Virus record (IMG/VR): IMGVR_UViG_3300028394_000040
Reading direction: 5' to 3' (one strand)
DNA length: 64,000 bases
Origin: a virus
Each line of letters opens with the position of its first letter. The first letter of the stretch is position 1. Positions 16,373 to 26,313 of the stretch are shown piece after piece. The notes under the pieces were generated by a model. It saw only the letters and a program-made list of their open reading frames with translations. It was not told the origin of the DNA and made no database searches. The translations under genes and the position numbers were made by a program.

Positions 16373-16962
16373 ACTTCGAATTCTAAATTTTCTACGGTCT
16401 CTTTTCCTAAAGGTAGTAATTTTGATTTAAGTAAAAAAGTAATCCAACAAGTAAATGATGTACTTTTTAGAATATCATACATACTATCTAAGGATCTAGC
16501 TATATTACTAGTACTGCATTGCATTACTATATCCCCCTCATCTACTCCTTCTGTTACTTTATGAACTACCGAACCGACCTCTCTATACTTACCTTCCCAT
16601 GCCTTAATTTGTGGGTCTTTACCTTTTAATTCCGGATATGAACTAATTAAACCAGGATGGCCGTTGTAGATACTTCCTTTAAAGTTCTTGATAAAAGATG
16701 CAGGTAAAATTCTGAGATATCCGTGTAACGTTATTAAATTACAATTATTTAAAATTTCACTATGATAACTCTCTTCTGTAGGCCTAAAAGGCAGTTTAAC
16801 TATTTCTACATTATTTTTCTTGAAAAATTTTAAGGAATTAGCAGATAATTTATTAAAGTTATTAGTTAACAAATATCCAGGAGTTATATTTAATGCATTG
16901 CATACTTCTACTACTTCCGAACCTGTTTGTGATACAAATACTGCCCATTTAGAAACTTTCAT
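16369..16962 (-). CDS. PurN-like formyltransferase (DpdN-like, predicted preQ1 formyltransferase)
   Basis: FVSQTGS, LHGYLRIL, NGHPGL, VHKVTEGVDEG; directly downstream of queF. Confidence 0.82.
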   Translation of the reverse strand: MKVSKWAVFVSQTGSEVVEVCNALNITPGYLLTNNFNKLSANSLKFFKKNNVEIVKLPFRPTEESYHSEILNNCNLITLHGYLRILPASFIKNFKGSIYNGHPGLISSYPELKGKDPQIKAWEGKYREVGSVVHKVTEGVDEGDIVMQCSTSNIARSLDSMYDILKSTSFTCWITFLLKSKLLPLGKETVENLEFEV

Positions 16963-16963
16963 T

Positions 16964-17869
16964 CTATTGTCCTTGTGCTTTTTTAGTATAAAATCCAACA
17001 TTTTTTAATGCAGAAGAGATTAACATAGTAGATGATGCCCTGACTGGATTAATATCTAATGAACCACGTCTAGCGTATAATAACATAACTGAACATTCAT
17101 GGACTAAAGGGTTTTTCATTATTTCCAAGTATAACTTTTCACAGCAGAATTCATGGAATTCATTTACTTCTCTTAAAGATATAACTAATTTTAATAATTC
17201 CTTACCGTATACCGAACCTCTTTTAGTTATAATTTTAAAATAAGCAGCACCTGTATCTTTTTGCTTTGTATGTCTACATCTAGAACGAAGAACATTAGTA
17301 AAAGATTTGTTAACCTCTCCTAGCGGATCATCGTCAATAATAATATTATACGATTCTTGAGAGTTATAATCTGTTATTACTAAATTCTGTAATTCAGCTA
17401 GACTAACCGACTTATATAAATCTCGATATCCTTCACCTGGGTCTCTTTCATATATTTTATCTTCTCCAGAACTAAAAAACTTCACCTCGACGTCTGCACC
17501 AATACATTTGCTTATATCTAGTATGACTTGATTCTCATAATTCTCTATAGCTTCTTCAAAAGTAGAGCCCATCTTACACATATCAAAAGAATTTAAATAT
17601 AATTTAAAGCTTTTTGATTCAACCATAAATTCTGAATTAGCCGGACAAATAATTTTTAACGTTCCTGCTACTGGTAAGCCATTATTTAACAAAAACGTAG
17701 CTTCATGACAATGCCAAACATCATAACCTACAAACTCATTTCCGGTAATACCCCAATCACCTCTGGCTGCTGCCCTTGGCATTGGATTTAATAATGATGC
17801 ATCGAATTTATCAGTATAAATTGCATAGGAGTTCTCTGAACCTAGAGACTTACTAGCAAATTCATTCAT
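16964..17869 (-). CDS. queF: NADPH-dependent preQ0 reductase, bimodular type
   Basis: QueF motif ESKSFKLY; catalytic SRCRHTKQKD; FHE; YARRGSLDINP. Confidence 0.92.
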   Translation of the reverse strand: MNEFASKSLGSENSYAIYTDKFDASLLNPMPRAAARGDWGITGNEFVGYDVWHCHEATFLLNNGLPVAGTLKIICPANSEFMVESKSFKLYLNSFDMCKMGSTFEEAIENYENQVILDISKCIGADVEVKFFSSGEDKIYERDPGEGYRDLYKSVSLAELQNLVITDYNSQESYNIIIDDDPLGEVNKSFTNVLRSRCRHTKQKDTGAAYFKIITKRGSVYGKELLKLVISLREVNEFHEFCCEKLYLEIMKNPLVHECSVMLLYARRGSLDINPVRASSTMLISSALKNVGFYTKKAQGQ

Positions 17870-17870
17870 A

Positions 17871-18656
17871 TTACCACTTGACATAGTTCTTAAAAGTTTT
17901 TACGTTTTTATAAATTAATTCTATTTGTTCTTTTTCTAATTTAGTATCTAAATTATCTGCAAGTTTTAAACTAGGTTTTGGTGCTAGTAAGCCATGTTCT
18001 GTAAACTCATTACCTACCCATCCGTTAATAATAGGAGAACTAGTATCTATAGAGTAGATGTAATCAGCTACGGACTGCCCTTTAAATAATTCAAATTCAA
18101 CTGGGTTTAGAGTACCTAGTAAATGAATTTTTAATGCTATAGCCTCATGCAGTTTAAATTTATGCTTATACCACCATTGTAAAAATCTGAATCTTACGGT
18201 AACATAATCAGACTTTTCTATTAAGTCAAAAGGTAAAGCTATAATGTCTATATCTTCACTTAGAAAATAGGACATACAGCTATAAATTTCGTCAAAAGTA
18301 TCTCCTTGGCATACTCCCATATACTTTTGGTCTTTAACTTTATACTTAGCTAAATACTCCTTTGCATTATCTAATGTAACTCTATAGTCATTAACCTTAT
18401 CAGGTAAAACCAAATGTGTTGGTTTATACTCATTACATAATTCAGCTAATTCTTCTAATGGTATAGACTCACCTAATTCAAAAGCAGAATTATCTAAAAT
18501 AGAATAAGAAGATGATGCTAGTTTATTTTTATAAAAGTCTGCATACTCCTTATCCTTATTAAGTAAATGACCTAATACATAAGGGTAATCACTAATTTTA
18601 TCATGCTCACTGAATAACTGCTTAGGAATTTCGTGAGATACTAAAGGTCTTCTCAT
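17871..18656 (-). CDS. TGT-fold transglycosylase (DpdA-like, probably DpdA3 type)
   Basis: ILDNSAF (cf. DSGAF), VCQG, IHLLG, SIDTSSP; lies between queC and queF. Confidence 0.65.
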   Translation of the reverse strand: MRRPLVSHEIPKQLFSEHDKISDYPYVLGHLLNKDKEYADFYKNKLASSSYSILDNSAFELGESIPLEELAELCNEYKPTHLVLPDKVNDYRVTLDNAKEYLAKYKVKDQKYMGVCQGDTFDEIYSCMSYFLSEDIDIIALPFDLIEKSDYVTVRFRFLQWWYKHKFKLHEAIALKIHLLGTLNPVEFELFKGQSVADYIYSIDTSSPIINGWVGNEFTEHGLLAPKPSLKLADNLDTKLEKEQIELIYKNVKTFKNYVKW

Positions 18657-18660
18657 ATAC

Positions 18661-19554
18661 TTACTTCGCATATTCGGCTAGTACTTTCTCTACTGATGCT
18701 CTAGCTACATCCCAGCTAACAGGTCCTGTTTCATCTGCATATGCCACCGGATCTGGACGTCCTAAACGAATAAATGCTTCTATACGTTCTACTGATGCTG
18801 CTGATTTATAATCAGAATACCAGTTACCTATCTTCCATCCTTCACTTGTAGGTTGATCTTGTATAAAAATTGGCTTATAAGATGTATTAGTACGTTTATA
18901 TACCTCATTAAAATTTAAACCTAATTTCTCACAAGCTACTAACCCATCTTCTAAAATTTCAAATTTGCTTACTTCTAGATACGGAGTATAGTGGTATACT
19001 AATTCAGAATCCCAATTACCTACTTTAAATGCCTCAAAATCAGCATCACGAAACTCTTGACGACAGTCAGGGTAAATAGCATGATCTCCAGCGTGAATAC
19101 CCATTGCGATAGCTACTTCTTGCTTATCGCCTTTAGTTGCTACAGATAATGCAGCGGCTTGAATTAAAGAAGCGAAAATCTTATTACGATTAGGTACGAC
19201 AGTTTCTTTCATGTTGTCTTGCTCATAATGTCCTTCTGGAACTTCATCACCTCCTGTAACTAAAGCAGAATGTAGTAAGTTTTGTAATCCATCTAATTTA
19301 ATGATTTGATGTTTTACTATAGGATATGCTTCTTCAAATCCACCGAATACATGGTCAGTATGAGTAATTCTCATAGGATTTGTATTAATGTATTCTACTA
19401 AAGATTTAGCCCGGTCTAATTCAACACGGTGTTTTTGACCGTAATCAAACCCTAATGCGGTAACTTCATAGCCGTTAGCTAATAAATGAAGTAATAAAGT
19501 AGAGGAATCCATCCCTCCGCTGAGTGATAAAACTGCTTTTTTTGTACTAAACAT
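18661..19554 (-). CDS. queC: 7-cyano-7-deazaguanine synthase
   Basis: SGGMDS, FDYGQKH, VPNRN, HAIYPDCR. Confidence 0.93.
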   Translation of the reverse strand: MFSTKKAVLSLSGGMDSSTLLLHLLANGYEVTALGFDYGQKHRVELDRAKSLVEYINTNPMRITHTDHVFGGFEEAYPIVKHQIIKLDGLQNLLHSALVTGGDEVPEGHYEQDNMKETVVPNRNKIFASLIQAAALSVATKGDKQEVAIAMGIHAGDHAIYPDCRQEFRDADFEAFKVGNWDSELVYHYTPYLEVSKFEILEDGLVACEKLGLNFNEVYKRTNTSYKPIFIQDQPTSEGWKIGNWYSDYKSAASVERIEAFIRLGRPDPVAYADETGPVSWDVARASVEKVLAEYAK

Positions 19555-19574
19555 ATAACTTTATTTATAAAATT

Positions 19575-19616
19575 AAGACGTATTATTTTATTGATCGATT
19601 AGTCCCGGTAACCGAT
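19575..19616 (-). promoter_or_regulatory. Candidate H-type pseudoknot in the queC leader
   Basis: ATCGGTTA/TAATCGAT stem; loop GGGAC complementary to downstream GTCTT after an A-rich linker. Confidence 0.35.
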
Positions 19617-20062
19617 TAGAATAACTCTCTAATTACTGAACTTTTTACTGGCAGACAGTATAAATCCTTATTTCTACCTACTCTTTTAAGCTCTCTTCCT
19701 TGAACGTAATTTCTCATTTCTTTAAGAGAGTATTCGTAGCATTTATTATTTTCAATATCATAAGTTAAAATTTTATCAGCCTGGGAGGTATAAAACCATC
19801 CTGGCATTCCTGAAGGAGATTTTTCTACTTCTAAAAAAGTAAAACCATTTCTCACATTAGTTTTTATATCGGCCCTATCCCATTCCTTGGTAACTGCATT
19901 ATAATATTCAATATCATATCCTTTCAACTGCTTATGCTTGAAAGTATCAAAATCGTTCGTATAGTCTTTAATCTCATAGCCTCTTGTTGTCATTTCTGCT
20001 ATAACATTAATTTCTCCTGATCTACCTTTTTGGTAGTTTACCGATAACTCAAATTTGCTCAT
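19616..20062 (-). CDS. PD-(D/E)XK restriction-endonuclease-like protein
   Basis: GRSGE..GYDI..ADIKT..FLEV..GWFYTSQAD. Confidence 0.55.
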   Translation of the reverse strand: MSKFELSVNYQKGRSGEINVIAEMTTRGYEIKDYTNDFDTFKHKQLKGYDIEYYNAVTKEWDRADIKTNVRNGFTFLEVEKSPSGMPGWFYTSQADKILTYDIENNKCYEYSLKEMRNYVQGRELKRVGRNKDLYCLPVKSSVIRELF

Positions 20063-20079
20063 TTTGTTAGTTTTAAAGT

Positions 20080-21795
20080 TTAACCACCACAGCTTAAACA
20101 GTCTTCAGAAGTTCTACTTCCAATATCACCGTTAATAACCGAATCGGTCCTTATATAATATAACGTTTTAACTCCTAATTTCCAAGCTGTTTGATGTACT
20201 AAATTAATAAATCTAGGATTATCTGTTGGATCAAAGAACAAATTTAGTGATTGAGCTTGGTCTATATACCTCTGCCTTACAGCTGCCTGCTCAACAAGGC
20301 CTAGCTGGTTTATTTCTACTGCGGTTAAAAAAACTTCTTTATCATCTGCAGGCATAACCTCTTCAGGTAGATTAGCTATAGATCCTCTATCTTTCATAAT
20401 CTGATCCCATACCTCTTCAGTATTATGCCCTCTGTTCTCTAAGTACTTAGATAATTCATCATTACGTCTGATAAAAGTACCTTTAGGTCCATTAAAAGTG
20501 TAAATATTAGCTATTACAGGTTCAATACCTGCAGATACTCCTCCTGAGATTGTAGCATTAGATAATGTAGGTGCGATAGCTATTAGATGCGAGTTTCTCA
20601 TACCTGTACCTTTACACCAAACAGGCTCTCCGTATTCGTTAGCTAACTTTCTTGAAGCTGCTTCTGCTTGAGATTTTATCTGAGAGAAAATAGTATTTGT
20701 ATAAGAGGTAGAAGCTATCGATAAGAAAGGAATTTCTTTAGATTGTAAGAATGTATGCCATCCTAAGACTCCTAATCCTAATGCTCGTCCTTTCTTAGCT
20801 GATCTATGAGTTCTAATCATTGATTCTTTACCGTTAGTTTTAGCTAGGAATTCTTCTAATACTCCATCAAGGAAGTAAATAGAAGTTTCAATTAAATCAG
20901 AATCTTTCCATTCGTCATACTTTGCTAAGTTAACAGATGATAAGCAGCAAATAAAGCTATGTTCTTCGTCGGTATGTAAAGCAATTTCAGTACAGATGTT
21001 AGTCATAGTAACATCTAGGTTATTCTTTACATAAGCAGGAGGATTTACTTTATTAACGTTATCCTTATACATTACGAAAGGCTCACCTGTCTCTATTCTA
21101 GTTTTTAAAATTTCTATCCACAACTCCATAGCTTCTGGATCTCTATGCTCTAACTTAAGCATAAATTTATCATCTACTACAACGCATTGGTGTAAATTTA
21201 AACATTGACGATTGGGGTCTCCTTTAGGTCGCCTAATCTGCAAAAACTCCTTTATATCTGGGTGATTAATATCTAGATTAACCGATGATGCACCTCTACG
21301 TACAGTTCCTTGATTAGTAGCTATAATAGTAGAATCATAAATCTTAGCCCAAGGTACAACACCTTCTGACTGACCTAATCCTTCTTTACCTATTTTAATT
21401 CCTCTTCCTCTAATTCTAGATAAACTAATACCTACCCCACCACCAACTGAGGTTAGTTTCATTAACTCAGCGTTAGTTAAACCTATACCTCTTATAGAAT
21501 CTGGTGTATCTATACCAAAACATGAAATAGGTAAGCCTCTATCCGTACCTGTATTAGCTAGTACTGGAGAGGCTAGACATAACCATCCTTTCCACATATA
21601 CTTATAAAACTTAGCAGCCAGGTCCGGACGATCTAATCTCATAGCTACTGCATCAGATACTCTCTTATAAGCCTTCTTTGGAGTCTCAAGTGGAAGTAGA
21701 TAGTCTTTTGATATAGTGGCTAAAGATATTTCATTCATCCATTCAGGATAATCTTTTCCAGCTTCCCATCCGTATATGTCTAGTATAGTATTCAT
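20080..21795 (-). CDS. nrdA: Class I ribonucleotide reductase alpha subunit (no ATP cone)
   Basis: PISCF, TNICTEI, AIAPT, DQAQSLN, KTLYYIR, C-terminal CLSC. Confidence 0.95.
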   Translation of the reverse strand: MNTILDIYGWEAGKDYPEWMNEISLATISKDYLLPLETPKKAYKRVSDAVAMRLDRPDLAAKFYKYMWKGWLCLASPVLANTGTDRGLPISCFGIDTPDSIRGIGLTNAELMKLTSVGGGVGISLSRIRGRGIKIGKEGLGQSEGVVPWAKIYDSTIIATNQGTVRRGASSVNLDINHPDIKEFLQIRRPKGDPNRQCLNLHQCVVVDDKFMLKLEHRDPEAMELWIEILKTRIETGEPFVMYKDNVNKVNPPAYVKNNLDVTMTNICTEIALHTDEEHSFICCLSSVNLAKYDEWKDSDLIETSIYFLDGVLEEFLAKTNGKESMIRTHRSAKKGRALGLGVLGWHTFLQSKEIPFLSIASTSYTNTIFSQIKSQAEAASRKLANEYGEPVWCKGTGMRNSHLIAIAPTLSNATISGGVSAGIEPVIANIYTFNGPKGTFIRRNDELSKYLENRGHNTEEVWDQIMKDRGSIANLPEEVMPADDKEVFLTAVEINQLGLVEQAAVRQRYIDQAQSLNLFFDPTDNPRFINLVHQTAWKLGVKTLYYIRTDSVINGDIGSRTSEDCLSCGG

Positions 21796-22421
21796 TAAAT
21801 TTTATTTTTGTACTGTTCTACTTTTTTTGTAAATATCTTATTCTGTTCAGTTTCCGAAAAATTTTTACAGTATTTAGTAATAAATTGCCTTGCTAATTGT
21901 TCTGGAGGTTTTGGCTTTCCGGTCCAAGATGGCTTTCTTCCTTTTAGTGTCGCTGAAATTGCTGCTCTTACCTCTAATCTTTTTGCAGGATTATTAATTC
22001 CTGTTTTCGTTCCCTTTAGCGAATCACTCTGCTTCTCTCTCCTTTCTACTGCCCCCTTTACTCCTAATAGTTCCTCCCAAGTCTTACCTTTCAGTGCTTT
22101 TGATATCTTAGCTCGTACTTCTACTCTTTTTGTAGGATTTTCTTCACCTATTGCAAATCCTGTTGCTAAGTTTTTCTTATTATAGCTATCTGGATTCTGC
22201 ATTGCTTTCACTTCAGTTAATATTTCTGATTCCTTTTCCCTAAAATAGATTCCCTCATATAGAATTTCTCTAGCAAAATTAACGAGTCCATGCTCCCTAA
22301 ATGCTTTCTTAATATCTGTACCGCTAGCGGTATACTTGTCTCCAGCTGTTCCTTTATGTGATCCAATATACCACTTTCCATTGAGGTTATTGGTCCATTT
22401 GTAAACTATTCCTGTTTTCAT
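21795..22421 (-). CDS. GIY-YIG (Seg-like) homing endonuclease with NUMOD3-like repeats
   Basis: GIVYKWTN..YIGSH..SYN; repeated EVRAKISKALKG; sits between nrdB and nrdA. Confidence 0.85.
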   Translation of the reverse strand: MKTGIVYKWTNNLNGKWYIGSHKGTAGDKYTASGTDIKKAFREHGLVNFAREILYEGIYFREKESEILTEVKAMQNPDSYNKKNLATGFAIGEENPTKRVEVRAKISKALKGKTWEELLGVKGAVERREKQSDSLKGTKTGINNPAKRLEVRAAISATLKGRKPSWTGKPKPPEQLARQFITKYCKNFSETEQNKIFTKKVEQYKNKI

Positions 22422-22554
22422 AATAAAAAAAGCTTAGGCTTTCGAGGTCGTAGTACCTACTACCGTAAGCTTTGGTTGATATTTTATCTACAATTGAAGC
22501 TACGACTCTCCATATCTATATAATAACTTTTAGTAGTATCTCTTACTAGCTTAG

Positions 22555-23538
22555 TTAGAAAACAGCAGAAGAGTCCCACGACATATGACCTTTTGAATAA
22601 TTTGTTACTCTATTCGCAAAAAAGTCTGTTTGCTGTTTACCAGCTATAACAGCATCAAACCATTTCATAGTCTTTAATGCTCCTTTATCTATTTCGCTAG
22701 AAGGTATTAAAGGTTTTAAACCTAAATCTCCCATCTTAGTATTTACTCTATGTTTAATAAAGTTTTTTAAGTCTTCCTTAGATAAATTCTCTAAATCGCC
22801 CATTTCAAAAACTTTATCGATAAAATCGAATTCCAATTTAATAGCTAGTCTAGCAGCAGTCTCTATTTCGTCTATTAATATAGGTGAAAGTAGTTTAGGA
22901 TTTTCACCAACAAGCTCTCTAAATAACCAACAACCAGCTTCTGAATGTAATGATTCGTCTCTTACTGACCATTCTACTATTTGGCCTACTCCTTTAAGTT
23001 TATTTCTCATCTTAAAAGAGAGTAAAACAGCGAAAGAAGAAAATAAGTTTACTCCTTCTGTAAATGCTGAAAAGATAGCTAGAGATTTAGCAATTTCATG
23101 CCAGTCTTTTTTACCATCATGACTACTTGCAACATTCATTAAAGACTGTATTTTAGCTTTTGTTGCTTCATCTTCCATAAACTCAGCAAAGTTATCTAAG
23201 CCTAATTGTTCGTTTAAAAGAGAATATGCTTCAGCATGAATAGTTTCAAAGGAACCAAAGGTAGTAGCCATCATAATGACTTCCGGCTTTCTAAACCATT
23301 TTGTTACTAACCCAGTCCAATAATCATTAACTACAGTTTCCGTCTGGGCAAAGCCTTTTAAAATTCCTCCTATAACGTTCTTTTCGTTATCTTTTAAATT
23401 TGAATTCCAATCTGTTATATCTTGGGACATCGGCACTTCAGTATGAAGCCAATGTGCTTGCTGCTGTTTTAACCAGTAATCATATGCCTTAGGATACTCA
23501 AAAGGCTTATAGACAACTCGTTCTTCGATTAAACTCAT
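22555..23538 (-). CDS. nrdB: Ribonucleotide reductase beta subunit
   Basis: YKPFEYP, ETIHAEAY, EGVNLFSSF, DESLH, DFFANRVTNY. Confidence 0.95.
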   Translation of the reverse strand: MSLIEERVVYKPFEYPKAYDYWLKQQQAHWLHTEVPMSQDITDWNSNLKDNEKNVIGGILKGFAQTETVVNDYWTGLVTKWFRKPEVIMMATTFGSFETIHAEAYSLLNEQLGLDNFAEFMEDEATKAKIQSLMNVASSHDGKKDWHEIAKSLAIFSAFTEGVNLFSSFAVLLSFKMRNKLKGVGQIVEWSVRDESLHSEAGCWLFRELVGENPKLLSPILIDEIETAARLAIKLEFDFIDKVFEMGDLENLSKEDLKNFIKHRVNTKMGDLGLKPLIPSSEIDKGALKTMKWFDAVIAGKQQTDFFANRVTNYSKGHMSWDSSAVF

Positions 23539-23619
23539 AGTTAAAAGATTTATTTTTTAAAGATAGAAAATACGACTAAATTAGACAACTAAAATAGAAT
23601 TATTTAAAAAAAATTTTAC

Positions 23620-23862
23620 TTACTTAATGGAATCTGTGTACTTTACTGGTGGTTTAGGTAGATCGTACTTAGACTGGAATTTAGCTAGGTCGTTGTGGGG
23701 TAAACTATATGGAGTTTCCCTACCTGCTGTATTAACCAATACACCTTTATTTTTAGATTGAAACAGGGCTTTAATGTAAGAACTAGCAGAATTTTTTGAT
23801 GCCTTACCTGGTGCGGTATTTGAATTCTTGGAAGATGATTTAAATAGTTCTAAAATGTTCAT
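23620..23862 (-). CDS. Hypothetical protein
   Basis: 80-aa ORF, promoter-like motif upstream. Confidence 0.6.
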   Translation of the reverse strand: MNILELFKSSSKNSNTAPGKASKNSASSYIKALFQSKNKGVLVNTAGRETPYSLPHNDLAKFQSKYDLPKPPVKYTDSIK

Positions 23863-23897
23863 AGATAGCCTCTTTTAGATAAATATAAGTTTGTCAA

Positions 23898-25286
23898 TTA
23901 TAATGAACTTAACTCAAAGAATTTTTTACTTAATACCTCCCTATCATCTCTACTAAAGTTAGCAAAAGAGTTACTCCCCGATGTTTGTTGAGGAGAGCCA
24001 GGAGGACTAAACATTGAATCGTCTAATTCACTTGTACTTATTTCAATATGACCAATGCTTGTATTGATTTTAGCTGAGTAAGTCATTCCGTCCATTCCGT
24101 ACCTGTTCTTCATTAAATGTATACGTCCGGTTCCGTTAACTTTATCTTGACGTTTTCTAGATAAAGATAAAGCAAAATCAGCAATCATAATTTTATCGTA
24201 TGAACCTGCTGCTTTATCTGCTTCTATTATATCATCCTTTGCACCCATTCTATTTACCTGTGAAACAGTCCAAATAGGAATTTTTAAATCTCTAGCTAAT
24301 CCTTTAGTTGCTGTATAGACATCATCTATTTCGTCTTTCTTCTCTCTATTTGTCTTTTTAGATCTAAGTAAATCAACGTAGTCAATTAGTACTAAATCTG
24401 GTTTGTTTCCTAAATCAGTACATTTTTGAATATGAGATTCTAAAGTAGATATTCCTACTTTGCCGGGTGAATATTCTTTAACTATAAGCTTTCCTGGTAA
24501 TCCTGTAACTACTTTTTCTACGCTCTCTCTATTAAAAGCAACCTTATCAGTATCAATACCTGTAAAACATGCATCAAAACGTTTTCCTACATAGGTTTCT
24601 GATAATTCTAAAGTATAATATATAACGTTATACCCTAACTTTACTGCCATAGCCCCTATAGCTACTAAACACCAAGATTTACCACCTCCAGGATTACCGA
24701 AAATTAAACCTAAATCTCCTGATCCTAATCCTCCTCCTAGAAGCTCGTCTATAATAGACCAACCAGTAGGTATAGGAGAACGTTCTTCTATCCTATAACG
24801 GCTTTCTATATCAATGTTATACTCGTGCCCTATATTTTTTTCAGTACCAGCCTTTCTGGTTTTATCCATTAGACCCCAAATGCTATCTATATCACCTTTC
24901 TCGTATAATTCTACTGATAAAAATAGAGCTTTTTTCAGCTGTTGGTTTCTACAAAAATTAGCAAACTCTTGTTCAACGAACTCTTTATCGTCATTAGTAA
25001 TTTTATAGGCTTCTTTTAATTGTTCTACAATAGAAACTCGTAAAACTTCATTCTCAATTTTTTTTACCTCTACGCTTAAAAAATCTAAAGAAGGTGTAGT
25101 ATGGTATAGAGTATAAAATAAAAGGGTTTCTTCTACTATCCATTTATGAGCGGGATTATCAAAAGATTCCGCTTCTAAAATATCGTTAATGTTAATAAGA
25201 AATTCTTTATTTTTTAATAGAGAGTTAAGAACCTTTACCTGGAAACCTACCCCGTAAGCTGATAATTGATTAAGTGTTTTGCTCAT
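23898..25286 (-). CDS. dnaB: Replicative DnaB-like (SF4) helicase
   Basis: GNPGGGKS, TLEL, IDYVDLL, WTVSQVNR, KNRYG. Confidence 0.92.
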   Translation of the reverse strand: MSKTLNQLSAYGVGFQVKVLNSLLKNKEFLININDILEAESFDNPAHKWIVEETLLFYTLYHTTPSLDFLSVEVKKIENEVLRVSIVEQLKEAYKITNDDKEFVEQEFANFCRNQQLKKALFLSVELYEKGDIDSIWGLMDKTRKAGTEKNIGHEYNIDIESRYRIEERSPIPTGWSIIDELLGGGLGSGDLGLIFGNPGGGKSWCLVAIGAMAVKLGYNVIYYTLELSETYVGKRFDACFTGIDTDKVAFNRESVEKVVTGLPGKLIVKEYSPGKVGISTLESHIQKCTDLGNKPDLVLIDYVDLLRSKKTNREKKDEIDDVYTATKGLARDLKIPIWTVSQVNRMGAKDDIIEADKAAGSYDKIMIADFALSLSRKRQDKVNGTGRIHLMKNRYGMDGMTYSAKINTSIGHIEISTSELDDSMFSPPGSPQQTSGSNSFANFSRDDREVLSKKFFELSSL

Positions 25287-26313
25287 AGTCTAATTTGTAA
25301 TGCTGTAACTTATTAAAATTATCAAATAACCACATCTCTGTATTTGGTATCGAATTTTCTAACTTATCTTCTTTGTAAAGATATAAAAAAGCTTTCTTAT
25401 TCAATAATTGGTTTGGGGTAATAAGCATTTCGTTGATTTCTTCTAATGCATCATCCGGAATGTTTGGATTATGTAAATCCATTAGTTTCTCGTTAACGAT
25501 TAATTGATGTTTAAAATTAACGATATTTTCGTATGCTCTCTTCTCATTCCTTTGATTCTCGCTTATATCTAGCAATTCGTTAAGACTCATACGTCTTTTA
25601 TTAGATAACCCGGGAAACAAAGAGAGAATCGTTTTCTTACCTATACCTCGCACTCCTGGTACATTGTCAGAATCATCCCCCATTAAAATTTTATAATTCA
25701 GGTAATTAACAGCTTCTACCCCGAATTCTTCTTTTACTGTTTCTGGGTAGTAGAATTTTTTCTTAACAGGTGAGTATACTGTAATATTCTCGTCTATTAA
25801 CTGAATATAATCTTTATCAGAAGACATTATGGTTACTTTCTTGGGTAGCTTTTTAGCTATATAACCTATTACGTCATCTGCTTCTATTTTATCTATAATA
25901 ATTAAATCAACAGGAAGGCATTGAAGGTAAGATATTAGTCTAATTATTTGATTTGTTATAGATTCTGCTTCTTCGTCTTTAGAATCAAATCCATCCCAGT
26001 TAGTAATTCTCTTAGTAGTTCTATTAGCTTTGTAATCAGGATAAAGATATCTTTTATTAGTACTACCACCAATTCCATCAAATGCAAGAATAACTCTTGT
26101 TGGAGCTGTTAACCTAATAATATACCCTAACGATTTTAAAAACCCAGTTAACCCGCCGATATGGTTACCGGCAGGGTTTAAATGGTGTATCACTACAAAG
26201 TTTCTTAAAAAAGTATTTAGAGAATCTACAATTAATACATTGTCATTAATATGAATATCTGTCTCTTTTTCTTCTTTGAGATTAGCTATAATATCTGCAT
26301 AGCGTTTATTCAT
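25270..26313 (-). CDS. 5'-3' exonuclease/flap endonuclease (RNase H-like)
   Basis: IVDSLN, YKANR, EADDVIG, SSDKDYIQL, GDDSDNVPGV. Confidence 0.92.
   Translation of the reverse strand: MNKRYADIIANLKEEKETDIHINDNVLIVDSLNTFLRNFVVIHHLNPAGNHIGGLTGFLKSLGYIIRLTAPTRVILAFDGIGGSTNKRYLYPDYKANRTTKRITNWDGFDSKDEEAESITNQIIRLISYLQCLPVDLIIIDKIEADDVIGYIAKKLPKKVTIMSSDKDYIQLIDENITVYSPVKKKFYYPETVKEEFGVEAVNYLNYKILMGDDSDNVPGVRGIGKKTILSLFPGLSNKRRMSLNELLDISENQRNEKRAYENIVNFKHQLIVNEKLMDLHNPNIPDDALEEINEMLITPNQLLNKKAFLYLYKEDKLENSIPNTEMWLFDNFNKLQHYKLDYEQNT

Noticed and set aside
20080-23538. Intron or intein in nrdA/nrdB
   Set aside because: Both genes are continuous and of normal length; the endonuclease is free-standing between them
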